DNA of 64,000 bases from Candidatus Latescibacterota bacterium (GCA_965217865.1 CBDCJO010000002.1:3680001-3744000), one strand, 5' to 3'; shown: positions 1 through 10,468, counted from the first letter of the stretch. The notes: generated from the sequence alone by a model not told the origin. Numbers and translations are program-made.

Positions 1-634
1 GATCGGCCTGGCTGAGCCTGAACTCCTCTGTCAGCACCTCATATAAACCCATTCGCCACGCCGAGACCAGAAGCTCTGTCGAAAGCGCGGCGATCCCCTT
101 GGTCAGGGAGGCGTAAGTCATCTTGAGGCCCGAAGCCTGGCCGATCTCGGTCCCGATCACCCTGACATCGAGTCCGAAATCACAAAGCACCTCAAATTCT
201 CGTGCATCTTTTCCCGACGCGTAGAACCGTGTTGTATCCTCCTGCTTTGGAGGCGGACCGATGATCCCCGCGTCAACAAATCGACCATCCGCTTCCCGAA
301 TCGTCTTTCCCATTTTCCTGGCGGTTTCAGGGGCAATGGCATTGCAATCGACGTAAACAGTATGGTTCCCTGTGTGCTTTATGGCCTTAGCGATCGCAGC
401 GGCCGCGTTCGGAGCCTGTGCGGGAACCAGAACCGAAAGAATCAGATCCGCATCGCGTACCAGTTCGCCGAGATTCGCAACCGATGCAATACCCGCTTTT
501 TCCGCCAGTCCCCGGGTCCGTTCGCTTCGTCCCTCCAGGCAGGTGATAACCGACATCCCGTGATCTATCAGCCTTCGGCCGACCACGTGTCCCATGTCGC
601 CCGGGCTCAATAATCCCACCTTTTGAAGCGCCAT
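1..634 (-). CDS. NAD(P)-dependent oxidoreductase, 6PGDH/3-hydroxyisobutyrate dehydrogenase-like with DUF1932 tail (runs off window)
   Basis: Manual translation: MALQKVGLLSPGDMG...YVDCNAIAP...FVDAGIIGPPP...IGQASGLKMTYASLTKG; absent from ORF track because the stop lies outside the window. Confidence 0.8.
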   Translation of the reverse strand, partial: MALQKVGLLSPGDMGHVVGRRLIDHGMSVITCLEGRSERTRGLAEKAGIASVANLGELVRDADLILSVLVPAQAPNAAAAIAKAIKHTGNHTVYVDCNAIAPETARKMGKTIREADGRFVDAGIIGPPPKQEDTTRFYASGKDAREFEVLCDFGLDVRVIGTEIGQASGLKMTYASLTKGIAALSTELLVSAWRMGLYEVLTEEFRLSQAD

Positions 635-700
635 TAATTAGCTCCGTCCCCCGTGTCTCTTCCTGACTTTCCCCTCAATTCCGACCCCTGATCCGAACCT

Positions 701-1387
701 TCATTCCTGTGAAGATTTCAGCTCGCAGAGAACCTCCTCCGTTACCGAGACCCGGCCGAATGTCCTAGCGTGCATTAACATGGCTTCGTTATGGGCCCGC
801 TGTGAAAGCGTGCCGCACGCATCTTCACAGATTAAGGAATTATAGCCGAGTTCCGCCGCTCCTCGGGCGGTGCTGAAAACACACATATCGGTCAATACAC
901 CGGTCAAAACAACATCGGTGATGTTCATGTTTCTCAAGGCGTGATCAAGGATGGAAAACCAGAATGCACTCGCCGTCAATTTGTCGACCACCAGATCGTT
1001 TTCTTCGGGAAAAATCTCGTTGGCGATCTCGTAATCGGGCTTTCCTCGGTAGCGGTTCGGTGAGCCTTTTCTCCTGAGGCGGGCGGTCATCTCATCTCCG
1101 GACGGACTGATGTTTCCGTTCCGGGTGTAAAGAATTCTCATCTTGTTCTCGCGAAAAAATTCGATGAGACGTTTCGTGTTGGGGATGATCAGCTTTTCCA
1201 TCCTCTGATTCCAATATTGAACGATACCCGGATATTTCTTTCCCATCTCTGAATCGGGATCCTTCTTGAGGTCACCGGCTTGTAAATCAATAACCAAAAG
1301 GGCCGCGGCTTTCGCACGAAGGTTAAAGCGAGTCGCATAAAAATCGTAAGGCCATTCCGGATCATATTTTTCAGCTAACCAGCTCAC
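701..1387 (-). CDS. Isochorismatase/cysteine hydrolase family
   Basis: ALLVIDLQ, DKLTASAF, GVLTDMCVFSTAR motifs (D-K-C triad). Confidence 0.88.
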   Translation of the reverse strand: MSWLAEKYDPEWPYDFYATRFNLRAKAAALLVIDLQAGDLKKDPDSEMGKKYPGIVQYWNQRMEKLIIPNTKRLIEFFRENKMRILYTRNGNISPSGDEMTARLRRKGSPNRYRGKPDYEIANEIFPEENDLVVDKLTASAFWFSILDHALRNMNITDVVLTGVLTDMCVFSTARGAAELGYNSLICEDACGTLSQRAHNEAMLMHARTFGRVSVTEEVLCELKSSQE

Positions 1388-1430
1388 ATCAGCTCCGAAG
1401 GGGTTATTGAGCGGATACCTTTGGGGGGTT

Positions 1431-1468
1431 CATTCCATTTTCCATTTTGAATTTTACATTTTTCATTT
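1431..1468. repeat. Degenerate ~7-nt tandem repeat (AAAATGG/AAAATTC-like on minus)
   Basis: cattccattttccattttgaattttacatttttcattt immediately after the DUF4202 stop. Confidence 0.55.
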
Positions 1469-2065
1469 TCATGGCTCCCCCAGCGCCATATCCACGATGC
1501 GGCGCAAATCCCCTGGAAAATTCAGGCCTAGCGCGGCCTGATGTCCTTGTGGAGACATCTTTTTCCAGGTTTTCCGCAAGATATTGATCAGCTTCTCCTC
1601 GTCGTGCTGTTTGGCGAAATCGGAAAAATAATTTTCCAGAAAAACGAGGCAGATCACATCCTCCAGGAGCTGCACCTCCGGATCCCGCTTCAATCCCTCC
1701 TTTCGAAGAAGCGTCCTGACCCTCCCGATGGTGTCATCGTCATATCCCACGTCTTTCAAGATAGCGCCCGCCGTCTCCGCATGATATTTCGCGAGGTTTG
1801 TCCGCCAGCGTTTGTATCCCCGGCGATCCATGGGGTAATCGCTTCGGGGAATCGTCCATCGGCGAATGTGTTGGCACCTCGCCGCAAGTCTCAGGGATTC
1901 GGAAGCGTCGGGCACGAGCCTTTCAAGCCAAGCCGTCATTCTCCTGGCGTAGATGAGCTCTTTGGGGTATTCCACCCCCTCATAAACCTCCTTGTTGGGA
2001 TCCTCCGTATTGGCGGCATCGAATCGTTCAATCGCTTTTTCGAAGCGGACCGGATCGGAAATCAC
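1469..2065 (-). CDS. DUF4202 domain protein
   Basis: FDAANTEDPN, LAARCQHIRRW, LEDVICLVFL, KTWKKMS. Confidence 0.88.
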   Translation of the reverse strand: MISDPVRFEKAIERFDAANTEDPNKEVYEGVEYPKELIYARRMTAWLERLVPDASESLRLAARCQHIRRWTIPRSDYPMDRRGYKRWRTNLAKYHAETAGAILKDVGYDDDTIGRVRTLLRKEGLKRDPEVQLLEDVICLVFLENYFSDFAKQHDEEKLINILRKTWKKMSPQGHQAALGLNFPGDLRRIVDMALGEP

Positions 2066-2104
2066 GGGAATCCCCAGCCTGTGTGTCGGAACCTGTATAG
2101 CGAT

Positions 2105-3101
2105 TTAAGCCGCCCCCTGGTATGCACTGAGCACCACAGCCATCAATTTTCGGGCGGTCCTTCCATCCGTCTGGGGGGAGTCTCCGGACCCGACGCAATC
2201 GAAAAAATGACGGACCTCTTCCGAAAATCTAATCCTTCGTCGGTGTCATGGAGTATTTCATCGGTCTTTCCAAGCACCTCTATTCGTGACTTCCAGGGAC
2301 AGAGGTGTCCTTCTCTGGCCAGATCGCCCAATGGATTCACGGTAAGCTTTATAATCGCTTTCTCACAAAAGGCACGAATCGTATACCAGATGCCCGGTTT
2401 CGGGGAAAACCAGGTGTGCCGGGTCGAACCGATGACACCGCTCTTGAACTTGATAACGGATATCGCTGTATCCTCCCCCTCCATCTCAATTCCACCCTTC
2501 GTGCCCACCATGGAAATGGTCTCCACCTCTCCTGCTATCCATAAGAGGACATCCAGCATGTGCGGGGAGGAGGAGAAGAAGACCCCGCCGCCCAGCGTCG
2601 CTTTTTTGGTCAACCATCCGGAAATATAGGCACTAAGATTCTCATCCATCATGGCATCGAGCATAAACAGTTTCCCGTAGTCCCCGCATTCGATCAGCTG
2701 TTTGAATTTCTGGGTGCTCTTTCTGTAACGATGAGGGTAGGCAACCATCAAAATCATGCCCTTTTCCTCCGCCTTCGCGATCATTTCGTCCGCTTCGGCG
2801 AGGTTGAGGGCAAACGGCTTTTCGAGAAAGACGTGGCAGTTCGCGTTCAGGGCATCCATCGTGATGGGATGGTGGAGGTGATGGGGCACCAGGATGAAGA
2901 CGCTATCGACGCGGTCCAGGCGCTCGCGGTAATCAGCAAGGACTTCAACATCCCCCAATAGCGACGCGATCTTATCTGCCCGGTCCACCTCAGGATCTGC
3001 AACCCACCTCACATCCACACGATCCAAAATCTGGGTCAAGGCTTCAACGTGAAAAGGCGCAACCCACCCGCAGCCGATGAATCCGATCCTGTGTCTTTTC
3101 A
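2105..3101 (-). pseudogene. Gfo/Idh/MocA oxidoreductase with one frameshift near 2225
   Basis: IGFIGCG, HVFLEKP; the expected C-terminus EEVRHFFDCV...TDGRTARKLMAVVLSAYQGAA* lies in another frame after a T4 run (possible sequencing indel). Confidence 0.75.
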
Positions 3102-3124
3102 TGGATTGGCTTTCCAGTAAACAA

Positions 3125-3914
3125 TCACGGTTGGATCCGGATGACGCCACCTTCAAAACGGTCCAGAATCGAATTATCGTGCACGGCCAACACCATGTCC
3201 GACTCCCTTTTATACCGCTTGATCACCTCCCGGCATAGGGAGGCGTTTTCGGCGATCCCGATCGGAATCTCTTTATCGATATTTTCCTTCAGAAAGGCGG
3301 TCTCCAGGATGGAAACCGTTCCTTCCGGTGTCTTGATCTTGACACCTGCTGATCCCGGATGATGCCCTCCCGTGGTTTCAAAGATAATACCCGGCAGGAC
3401 TTCTACGGGATCATCCACAAGATGCAGCTTTTTCAGGACAAGAAGCTTCCACAAAAAGCCCCCAGGTATCCTCGGTGAAATAAAGATCCCGCGGGGGATG
3501 CCCGGGGGTTTCAAGAAGGAATTCCGCAATCCCCTGTCTGGACAGATAGACCTCCGCCCGCGGGAAGTGCCGGGGCAACAGACATCCCGTGTGATACGTG
3601 ATCGTCTGCGTAATCAGGACAATGTCGATCTCACCGGGACTGACATCGGCTTCCTCTAAAATTTCTTCCAGAACGCGAATACGTGTCATCTTGGATCGTT
3701 CATCGAGCGACTGGCATCCCGACACTAATTTTTCGAAATTCACCTCGTCGGATGGAGGCCCCGTATCCACCAGAACGGTCTTTTCACCTTCTTTTACGAT
3801 CCAGATATAAAAGAACAGGGTGTGAAAGGTCGTATCGTTCCTTCCAAAAAAACATTCCCATCCCGGAACGGGCAGTTTTGCCACCGGGTAAGCGGTCACC
3901 TGGTAGGTGGACAT
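3125..3914 (-). pseudogene. MBL-fold hydrolase (N-acyl-homoserine lactonase-like), frameshifted near 3460
   Basis: VLVDTG, TGGHHPGS, LAVHD; two ORFs join by removing one G from a G5 run. Confidence 0.7.
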
Positions 3915-4030
3915 AAGGCCTCCCTAACGTATCTGCTTGATCTTGGCCACCGAAAAACCCCTTCCTGCTGAACCGAATTTCATCGTGGGTACTTTATCGA
4001 ATTGATAATCCCCTTTTTCCGAAGCGGATG

Positions 4031-4921
4031 TCAGTGACGATATTCACTCCCGATCAGGTTTCCCTGTGCGTGGACGGCCCGGAAAAGGGTTTGCCTCTTT
4101 GGGGGCATCTCTTCGACCAGTTCATCGGGGGGATTCCACTTGTGCCACTTGCTGTTGATCGTGTTGTAGCAACTGAATACCGCGACGCGATCGCGATCCT
4201 GGTTCTTCCACGGGGTGCCGCTATGCGTGAGGGCCTCGGTGAATAGAAGCAGGGACCCGGCCGGACATGAATAGGTTTTCCAGATCGGAGACCCGGGATC
4301 CCATACGGACTCAGGGGCGGGGTATACCGACTTATGACTTCCCGGGATAAGGAGGGTTCCGCCGTCACCTTGATCCACCGGGTTCAGTTCCCAAACCGTT
4401 CGCGTTAGACCGCTGTGGGCCTTTCCCGGGATACATCGGTAAAGATGCGAATCGCCGGGAAACCGCAGCATTCCATTGCCGTTGTGGGGCCTGAATTCCC
4501 CGTCTCCTGCAGATCGGAGCTGGAGGTTGCTGGACTCCATGCGAAAACCGTAGCAATCCTGACTGGCCAGGGCGGGATGCGCCACAAACTCATTCATAAA
4601 GCCCACAACCGCGGGATGATCGGTCAACTTCTGAAGCGGACCGCCGATCGTAGATCGATGATGTTCCGGAATCGAGCTCGGATCCCTCTTTAACCGGTAG
4701 CAAAATTCCCGCATCTCCTCGATCTCATCATCCGTCAGCACCCCCGGGATGACCAGCCAACCGTCTGTGTCAAAAACGTACTTCTGTTCGTGAGTGGGTT
4801 CGATGACCGGTTTGCCATCGGCGTTGGTCCGGGTCAGGTCCTCCATGGCCAGGTCCAACCGGGATCCTAAATTTTTATCCACAACAAAGGGTTCAGCCTG
4901 ATTCATCTGATCGACGACCAT
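4031..4921 (-). CDS. Phytanoyl-CoA dioxygenase (PhyH) family
   Basis: FDTDGWLVIPGVLT, GGTLLIPGSHKS, AGSLLLFTEALTHSG, DRVAV. Confidence 0.85.
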   Translation of the reverse strand: MVVDQMNQAEPFVVDKNLGSRLDLAMEDLTRTNADGKPVIEPTHEQKYVFDTDGWLVIPGVLTDDEIEEMREFCYRLKRDPSSIPEHHRSTIGGPLQKLTDHPAVVGFMNEFVAHPALASQDCYGFRMESSNLQLRSAGDGEFRPHNGNGMLRFPGDSHLYRCIPGKAHSGLTRTVWELNPVDQGDGGTLLIPGSHKSVYPAPESVWDPGSPIWKTYSCPAGSLLLFTEALTHSGTPWKNQDRDRVAVFSCYNTINSKWHKWNPPDELVEEMPPKRQTLFRAVHAQGNLIGSEYRH

Positions 4922-5021
4922 AACTGGCTCCTGTTCCTTTCGAAATCGGTCTATAACCCGGGACTATACTTTGATGTTCCAGCCAACCATTTTCTAATAG
5001 CTTGCCGGGTTCCACAACAGG

Positions 5022-5819
5022 TCAGGATTCAACCTCGGACCACATCCTCTGGATCGTTTCAGCGCAGGCACGGGCGACGTGTTCCCGCTGGTCTTTCGGC
5101 CATTTATTCTCGATCACCGTAAAGGGACCATCGTAACCCAGTTGCTTGAATTTTCGAATGATCGCCGGCCAGTCCTGTACCCCGGGATCATCGGGAAGGG
5201 CAGACGTCCATTGCACTCCGTCCTTTTCCATATGGACCCTTTCCCCCGGGCGAACGTGGCGAACCGACTGGACCATGATGTTCCGTGTGATTCCAAAAAA
5301 TTCCTCGATACAACCCAGATAGTCCGCACCCGCTATGTTCAGATGGAGGGAATCGTAGAGCAGTCCCACATTCGGATGACCCACCTCCGTAAAGAATTCA
5401 CGGGTATCCTCTACCGTCTCCAGAACGCCATCCGCGGAATTGCTTGTTACCAGGGTGATACCGAGACGTTCCGCCTTGGACGCAGCCCTGCGGAGCCACT
5501 TGGAAATCGATGTCACCTTCAACAAGCCGCACCCATAGTCCACGCACAGATCGAGATAGCGATCCAGGTAATCGTCCCGCCCCGGTCCGGAGGAAGGCAT
5601 TCCGCGTGCCGTCAGGCACGTCACATCAAGGTCCGCGTCCTGGACGATCTTGAGCAGATCCCTTCGCTCTCGGACTGGTGTTTCCAGGTTGACCTGCGTC
5701 CGCCTGAGCTCCACCCCCTGATAGCCGGCGGATTTTGCGATCGAACAGAATTCTGGGAAGGATACCGATTGAGAAGAATAATCATCCTCGAAATGGTACC
5801 CGCTTAAAGACAACAGCAT
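5022..5819 (-). CDS. Sugar-phosphate isomerase/epimerase TIM barrel
   Basis: AGYQGVEL, HPNVGLLYD, GYDGPFTVIE; start reassigned to MLLSLSG. Confidence 0.75.
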   Translation of the reverse strand: MLLSLSGYHFEDDYSSQSVSFPEFCSIAKSAGYQGVELRRTQVNLETPVRERRDLLKIVQDADLDVTCLTARGMPSSGPGRDDYLDRYLDLCVDYGCGLLKVTSISKWLRRAASKAERLGITLVTSNSADGVLETVEDTREFFTEVGHPNVGLLYDSLHLNIAGADYLGCIEEFFGITRNIMVQSVRHVRPGERVHMEKDGVQWTSALPDDPGVQDWPAIIRKFKQLGYDGPFTVIENKWPKDQREHVARACAETIQRMWSEVES

Positions 5820-5826
5820 GACGGAC

Positions 5827-6204
5827 TCATTGGGTGGCGTAGCTGATGACCGATATCTCCGCCCCCTGAGGGTCTCTGATGGTTGCGATCCGCCCCACCG
5901 GTATGTCCTTCGGCGGAAATACGACCCGGCCTCCAAGTTCCTCCGCCTTCTTTACCGTTGCGTCCACGTCCTCCACCGTCACATAGGCCCCCCAACTCGG
6001 AGAATCCCCTCCATCGGGCATCGGCATCAGGCCCCCCACATCTTCCCCGTCTTTTTTCAGGATGTGGTATGTGAAATCCCCCATCGGCATAGCCGCGGTC
6101 GTCCATCCAAAGAGACCTGTATAAAAAGAGACGGCACCATCCGCATCCGTCGTCAGCAATTCGTTCCAGCTGAATTGACCCGCTCGCTTTCTTGATTCAC
6201 TCAT
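5827..6204 (-). CDS. VOC/glyoxalase family protein
   Basis: FSWNELLTTD, FYTGLFGW, VEDVDATV, IRDPQGA. Confidence 0.9.
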   Translation of the reverse strand: MSESRKRAGQFSWNELLTTDADGAVSFYTGLFGWTTAAMPMGDFTYHILKKDGEDVGGLMPMPDGGDSPSWGAYVTVEDVDATVKKAEELGGRVVFPPKDIPVGRIATIRDPQGAEISVISYATQ

Positions 6205-6439
6205 GGTTTTTCCCTTATGTTATCCTCTGTGTAAACACACCTGCGCCACAGGCCTACCCCCTCCGTGTCTTCCCCTCCCCCCGCTTCTCTCTGAATTAAA
6301 TTGTATATCATATTGATTTTAAGAGATTAGCATCTCAACCTAGGTCGAATCCGGGAATGGCATTCCGCACGTGGGTATGCATAACACAAACCCTCAGGGA
6401 TGTCAAGACAAAATGGGAAACCCATCCGAATTTTCTAAT

Positions 6440-6655
6440 ACCGCCGCGATTGTAGCGATCCCCGTTTGGCGTTTCACGTTTCACGGCTTCTCTTTTATAA
6501 AAATATCTTCTCACCAGTTCTTTTGATGGGGCCGGGGTCCACAACGTGACAACATACACGGTCATGAAGGAAACGACGAGACCCAGAATGATGGGATCCA
6601 GATTGAACACCCGGTATGGTTCGAAGAAACTTCCGTTCCAGATCCATCCTGCCAC
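6440..6655 (-). pseudogene. Orphan 3' fragment of a sodium:solute symporter-like transporter
   Basis: LDPIILGLVVSFMTVYVVTLWTPAPSKELVRRYF; begins abruptly right after a terminator. Confidence 0.55.
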
Positions 6656-6659
6656 GAAT

Positions 6660-6694
6660 TCAAAAAGACCGGGTCGAGTTCGGCCCGGTCTTTC
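6660..6694 (-). terminator. Intrinsic terminator
   Basis: AAAGACCGGGCCGA-AC-TCGACCCGGTCTTTTT on minus, downstream of dienelactone hydrolase. Confidence 0.8.
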
Positions 6695-6771
6695 TCGTTC
6701 GGGGATAACTTGGAATCCATGGAGGTTTTCAAGGAAGGCTCCAGATTCTCGGTATGGAGAGGGAGAGGTCT

Positions 6772-7599
6772 CTATTCAGAGAAGATCTCTTCAAAAAAGG
6801 CCAGCATGGCCTTCCACGACCTCTCGTCGGCGGAGCGGTTGTAGCCCAGAGCGGGGATGCCTCGCTTGTCGGCCTCCGGGTTGGTAAAACTGTGTTTGGC
6901 CCCTCCGTATTGGACAAACTGCCAGTCCGCGCCGGCCGCGATCATATTCTTTTGAAACTGGACGATCTGATCCTGTGTGATCAGGGGGTCCTCTGCACCG
7001 TTACAGACGAGGATCTTCGCTTTGATAGGGTTGGGCCCGGCAGGTTCGGTTGGCAGGGAACCGTGGAAGCTTACGACCCCGCGCAGATCGATGTCCTCCT
7101 GAGCCATCGAAAGCACAACGTTTCCTCCAAAACAATACCCGATGGCTGCGATCTTGTCGCTGATACTCAGAGGTTGCTCGTGCAGCAGTAAGTAGGCGGC
7201 GAAAAATCGCTTTCTTCCGATTTCTCGATTCTTCCGGATAAAACCTGACCATTCGCCGGCTTCTTTCGGATGTTCGGTGCTTCTGCCTTCACCGTACATA
7301 TCGAGGGCCAGGGCGATGTAACCTTCACGAGCCAGTGCATTGGCCTTCCGCTTCGCGTGGATGTTCAGGCCCCACCATTCGTGGACCACAAGGACGCCTG
7401 GACGCTTCGAGTCTGTCTCGTCGTCATACACCAGGTAGCCCTTGAGAAGGATATCCTCGCCCCCGTAAGTCACCTCTTTGGAAACAAGCCCCCCGTGGAC
7501 ATCCATCGCTGAACTTAATAGAAACAACACGAATACCGGGAAAGTAAACCCCATGTCACTTTTTCCTCCGTCGATCTGGAACAACGCGTCTCCCACCAT
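6772..7599 (-). CDS. Dienelactone hydrolase family (likely exported)
   Basis: VVHEWWGLN, IGYCFGG, YGGAKHSFTNP; hydrophobic N-terminus. Confidence 0.9.
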   Translation of the reverse strand: MVGDALFQIDGGKSDMGFTFPVFVLFLLSSAMDVHGGLVSKEVTYGGEDILLKGYLVYDDETDSKRPGVLVVHEWWGLNIHAKRKANALAREGYIALALDMYGEGRSTEHPKEAGEWSGFIRKNREIGRKRFFAAYLLLHEQPLSISDKIAAIGYCFGGNVVLSMAQEDIDLRGVVSFHGSLPTEPAGPNPIKAKILVCNGAEDPLITQDQIVQFQKNMIAAGADWQFVQYGGAKHSFTNPEADKRGIPALGYNRSADERSWKAMLAFFEEIFSE

Positions 7600-7600
7600 T

Positions 7601-8098
7601 TCAGGCAGGCTGATTCTTACACGGGACCTTCATTACCCGAAACTCGTGTCCGGTTACCCCGATCATCCTTTCGATGTCATCCCTGGATATCACCAGGGTG
7701 CTCGTGTTCACAAGGGGATGACAGGCGAGTGCCTCGGCATTCCAAAGATCTTCGTCGATGACGATCTCCACACTATGATCCGGGTTGTTGACGATGCCCA
7801 GAAGGCTAACGGAACCGGGATCCACACCCAGGTGACGTTCGAGCCGTTCTGAAGAGGCGAGGCTCAGATTTCGAACCCCCAGCAGGGTTGACAGCGACTT
7901 GAGATCCACACGCTTCTCATAGCCGATCGCGACGAGAAAGTGCCGTTTCCCGGCCTTGTCCCTGAGGAAGATGTTCTTTGTGGACGCTGCGGCCAGCGGA
8001 GGCACGAGACGCTCCGCCTCCTCGCAAGTGTATACCGGAGGATGGTCGTACCGCTCGTAAATAATCCCGTTTTCGTCGAGAAACCGATAGATGTCCAT
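7601..8098 (-). CDS. YbaK/ProX aminoacyl-tRNA editing protein
   Basis: HPPVYTCEE, TKNIFLRDK, GVDPGSVS, CHPLVNTST. Confidence 0.88.
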   Translation of the reverse strand: MDIYRFLDENGIIYERYDHPPVYTCEEAERLVPPLAAASTKNIFLRDKAGKRHFLVAIGYEKRVDLKSLSTLLGVRNLSLASSERLERHLGVDPGSVSLLGIVNNPDHSVEIVIDEDLWNAEALACHPLVNTSTLVISRDDIERMIGVTGHEFRVMKVPCKNQPA

Positions 8099-8106
8099 AT
8101 CCGGAT

Positions 8107-9024
8107 TCAGGCTCCCACCTGATCCAGGACGCCATTGACCGTCTTGAGGCCGGCCTCGGACAGCCTAAGGCTCGGCCCTTTGGGCCTCCCCCCGCAAATG
8201 CCCCGGGCCTCAAGTACGGCCTTTACAACACTGATCGCGGAGACATCCTGTGCCTGAAAAGCCTTGAAAGCTCGCATCAAAAGACTATGGGAGGAAAATG
8301 CCCCCTCAATGTCTCCTTTGATACCCGATTCGTATATATCCACACAGAGCTTCGGAAGCACATTGGCCAGGGTCAAAACCGCTCCCGATGCCCCCATGAG
8401 GATGCTGCCCGCCAGATCGTCCTCTTCCCCCTGAAATACCTTGAAGTCCTTCGAACCTTTGAAATTTCGAAGCAGATCTTGAAACTGGGAAAAGTCCCTA
8501 CTGCTGTCCTTGATACCGACAAACCGCCCCCCCTCGCTCAATTCCGCAACGATGTCCGGGGTGATGTTGAATTTTGTGCTCCCCGGATTATTATACATGA
8601 AAATAGGAAGATCGACGGCCGATGAGACCTCCCTGAAATGGAGGAGCACCTCCGGGGTTCTGTGTCTGAAATAGAAAGGCACCATCAAAACCATGGCATC
8701 CGCTCCTAGGGCGGCGACCCTCTTTGCGGTTTCGATCGTCTTTTTTGTCCCGACCTCGGTGGCGTTCGCCAGGATCGGCACCCTGCCGGCAGCTTCATCA
8801 ACGACAACCTCAATGATCCGCCGCCGTTCCGCCGAGGTGAAGGCTGCAAATTCGCCTGTCGAGCCCAGGACAAAAAGGCCGTGCACGCCCTGACCGAGCA
8901 GGTATTGCACCAGGTTCCGCATCCCCTGCTCGTCGAATTCTTCGGACTCAGTAAGAGGCGTCGCAATCGGAGGGAAAATCCCCTTCAACCTTTCCTTCAA
9001 CGCTTCAAGTTTCATGACCCTCAT
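8107..9024 (-). CDS. Dihydrodipicolinate synthase/aldolase family
   Basis: LGSTGEF, MYNNP, GIKDSS. Confidence 0.88.
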   Translation of the reverse strand: MRVMKLEALKERLKGIFPPIATPLTESEEFDEQGMRNLVQYLLGQGVHGLFVLGSTGEFAAFTSAERRRIIEVVVDEAAGRVPILANATEVGTKKTIETAKRVAALGADAMVLMVPFYFRHRTPEVLLHFREVSSAVDLPIFMYNNPGSTKFNITPDIVAELSEGGRFVGIKDSSRDFSQFQDLLRNFKGSKDFKVFQGEEDDLAGSILMGASGAVLTLANVLPKLCVDIYESGIKGDIEGAFSSHSLLMRAFKAFQAQDVSAISVVKAVLEARGICGGRPKGPSLRLSEAGLKTVNGVLDQVGA

Positions 9025-9082
9025 TCCTTTCCGGTTTTTCCCGAGGCCATCGGTTCGGCCTCAGGTGTTCCCCCCAGGATAT

Positions 9083-10468
9083 CTAAAACACCCTGACCGT
9101 CGATCCCCGCTCTGCTTCGATACGCCTTTGGACCTGGTTCGGGGTGACTGGGTTTTCAGGCCATTCCTCGGGAGGAACATTTGAAAGTCGAAGGAAAATC
9201 CGGGCAAGCTGTCCCACATAAACTTTCAGCTCTCTGATATTCACCTTGTCGGATGTGTCTCCGGGTTCGTGGTGGAAATCGGAGTCCGGATGTCGCCCGT
9301 GGAACCGCCAGCGCCACAGAAAGGCCGCATCCATCCCTTCTCGCAAATAAGGAAAGTGATCCGAAGAGGGATCCAATTGAGCCATGACGTGGCACTTCAG
9401 CCCATCGCCCATACGATCGAGTTGTTCCTGAACAAGGTTCCGAAGATGCGGGAATCCCAGGGCGATGCCCTTGAGGTTTCCCGTGGAGAGCTCATCCAGA
9501 TTGATCGCAAGCCTCGGAGGTCTTTTTCCCTCGTAGTGGCGTTTCACGTAAGCCGATGATCCCTGCAGCTTCTGCTCCTCCGCGCTGTAGGTGACAAATC
9601 GGATCGATCTTCCGGGGGGCTGGCCGACATCAGCGAACAGCCGGGAGAGGACCCGAGCCGTCTCCATCACCACAATCGTTCCGGAGCTGTTGTCATTCCC
9701 CCCTGGGGATCCGATAGTGGTATCGTGATGTCCGCCGAGCACGAGGTGTTCTTCCGGCCAGCGGTTTCCCGTGATGACGCTGCTCACATTGTATGCTGGG
9801 GCCTGATAGAAACGGCTCTCCACCGAAACTCTCAGTTCTTTTTTTTCACCGGCCGCCCGGCGGAGAAGGGCCCCGTGTTCCCGGGAAGTGACCACGCAGG
9901 GAATCGGGTGCTCCTGAAGCCCGGAATCTCTCCAGTCGCTGGCGCTGTGGTATTCCATTCGCCGTCCGCTCTTCTTCTCGATCACGACAGCCGCAGCCGC
10001 CCCGCCATCCGCAAGAGATCCGAGTCGACCCGGGTGGGGGATTGGATCCGTGAAAGGTTCGAAGGTCAACGCCATCAGTGCGATCGATCCCGGTAACGCA
10101 GTCCGCACGGCGTCGATCTCGCGAGGCGTTCCGAAACCCACATCGACAATCGGCCCCTCGAGAACGAAGGGAGGGCACCGGTTAAAAGGAAGGATGTCGA
10201 TGGCCATCCCGGTTTCAACCAGTTTCGCCTCCGCTTTTGTCCAGGTCCATGTATCGAGTTGAAATTCCTCCAGAGCAGGTTCTTCCAGCCCATCCGCCGA
10301 CATCTGATCCCGAATATAGTCTACGGTTGTGCGTTCGGCCTCAGACGAAGCCCAACGAGGCCCGATCTGATCGCAAAGCATGCATAGATGGGCTTCGATT
10401 CGCGATCCCACCCAGGCCTCTCCGATAATCCATCGGTCGATCGATTTCCAATCCGGATCCTTCATCAC
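9083..10468 (-). CDS. M28 family metallopeptidase
   Basis: GGHHDT, GGNDNSSG, SAEEQ, INLDE, SSDHFPY, HHEPGDT. Confidence 0.85.
   Translation of the reverse strand: MMKDPDWKSIDRWIIGEAWVGSRIEAHLCMLCDQIGPRWASSEAERTTVDYIRDQMSADGLEEPALEEFQLDTWTWTKAEAKLVETGMAIDILPFNRCPPFVLEGPIVDVGFGTPREIDAVRTALPGSIALMALTFEPFTDPIPHPGRLGSLADGGAAAAVVIEKKSGRRMEYHSASDWRDSGLQEHPIPCVVTSREHGALLRRAAGEKKELRVSVESRFYQAPAYNVSSVITGNRWPEEHLVLGGHHDTTIGSPGGNDNSSGTIVVMETARVLSRLFADVGQPPGRSIRFVTYSAEEQKLQGSSAYVKRHYEGKRPPRLAINLDELSTGNLKGIALGFPHLRNLVQEQLDRMGDGLKCHVMAQLDPSSDHFPYLREGMDAAFLWRWRFHGRHPDSDFHHEPGDTSDKVNIRELKVYVGQLARIFLRLSNVPPEEWPENPVTPNQVQRRIEAERGSTVRVF

Noticed and set aside
1541-2629. Long plus-strand ORFs (also 12909-13832 and minus 24006-25172)
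   Set aside because: Antisense shadows of motif-supported genes in GC-rich DNA
6373-6406. Fourth copy of the terminator+promoter module
   Set aside because: Similarity limited to TTGACA-17-TATGCA, explainable as an ordinary promoter
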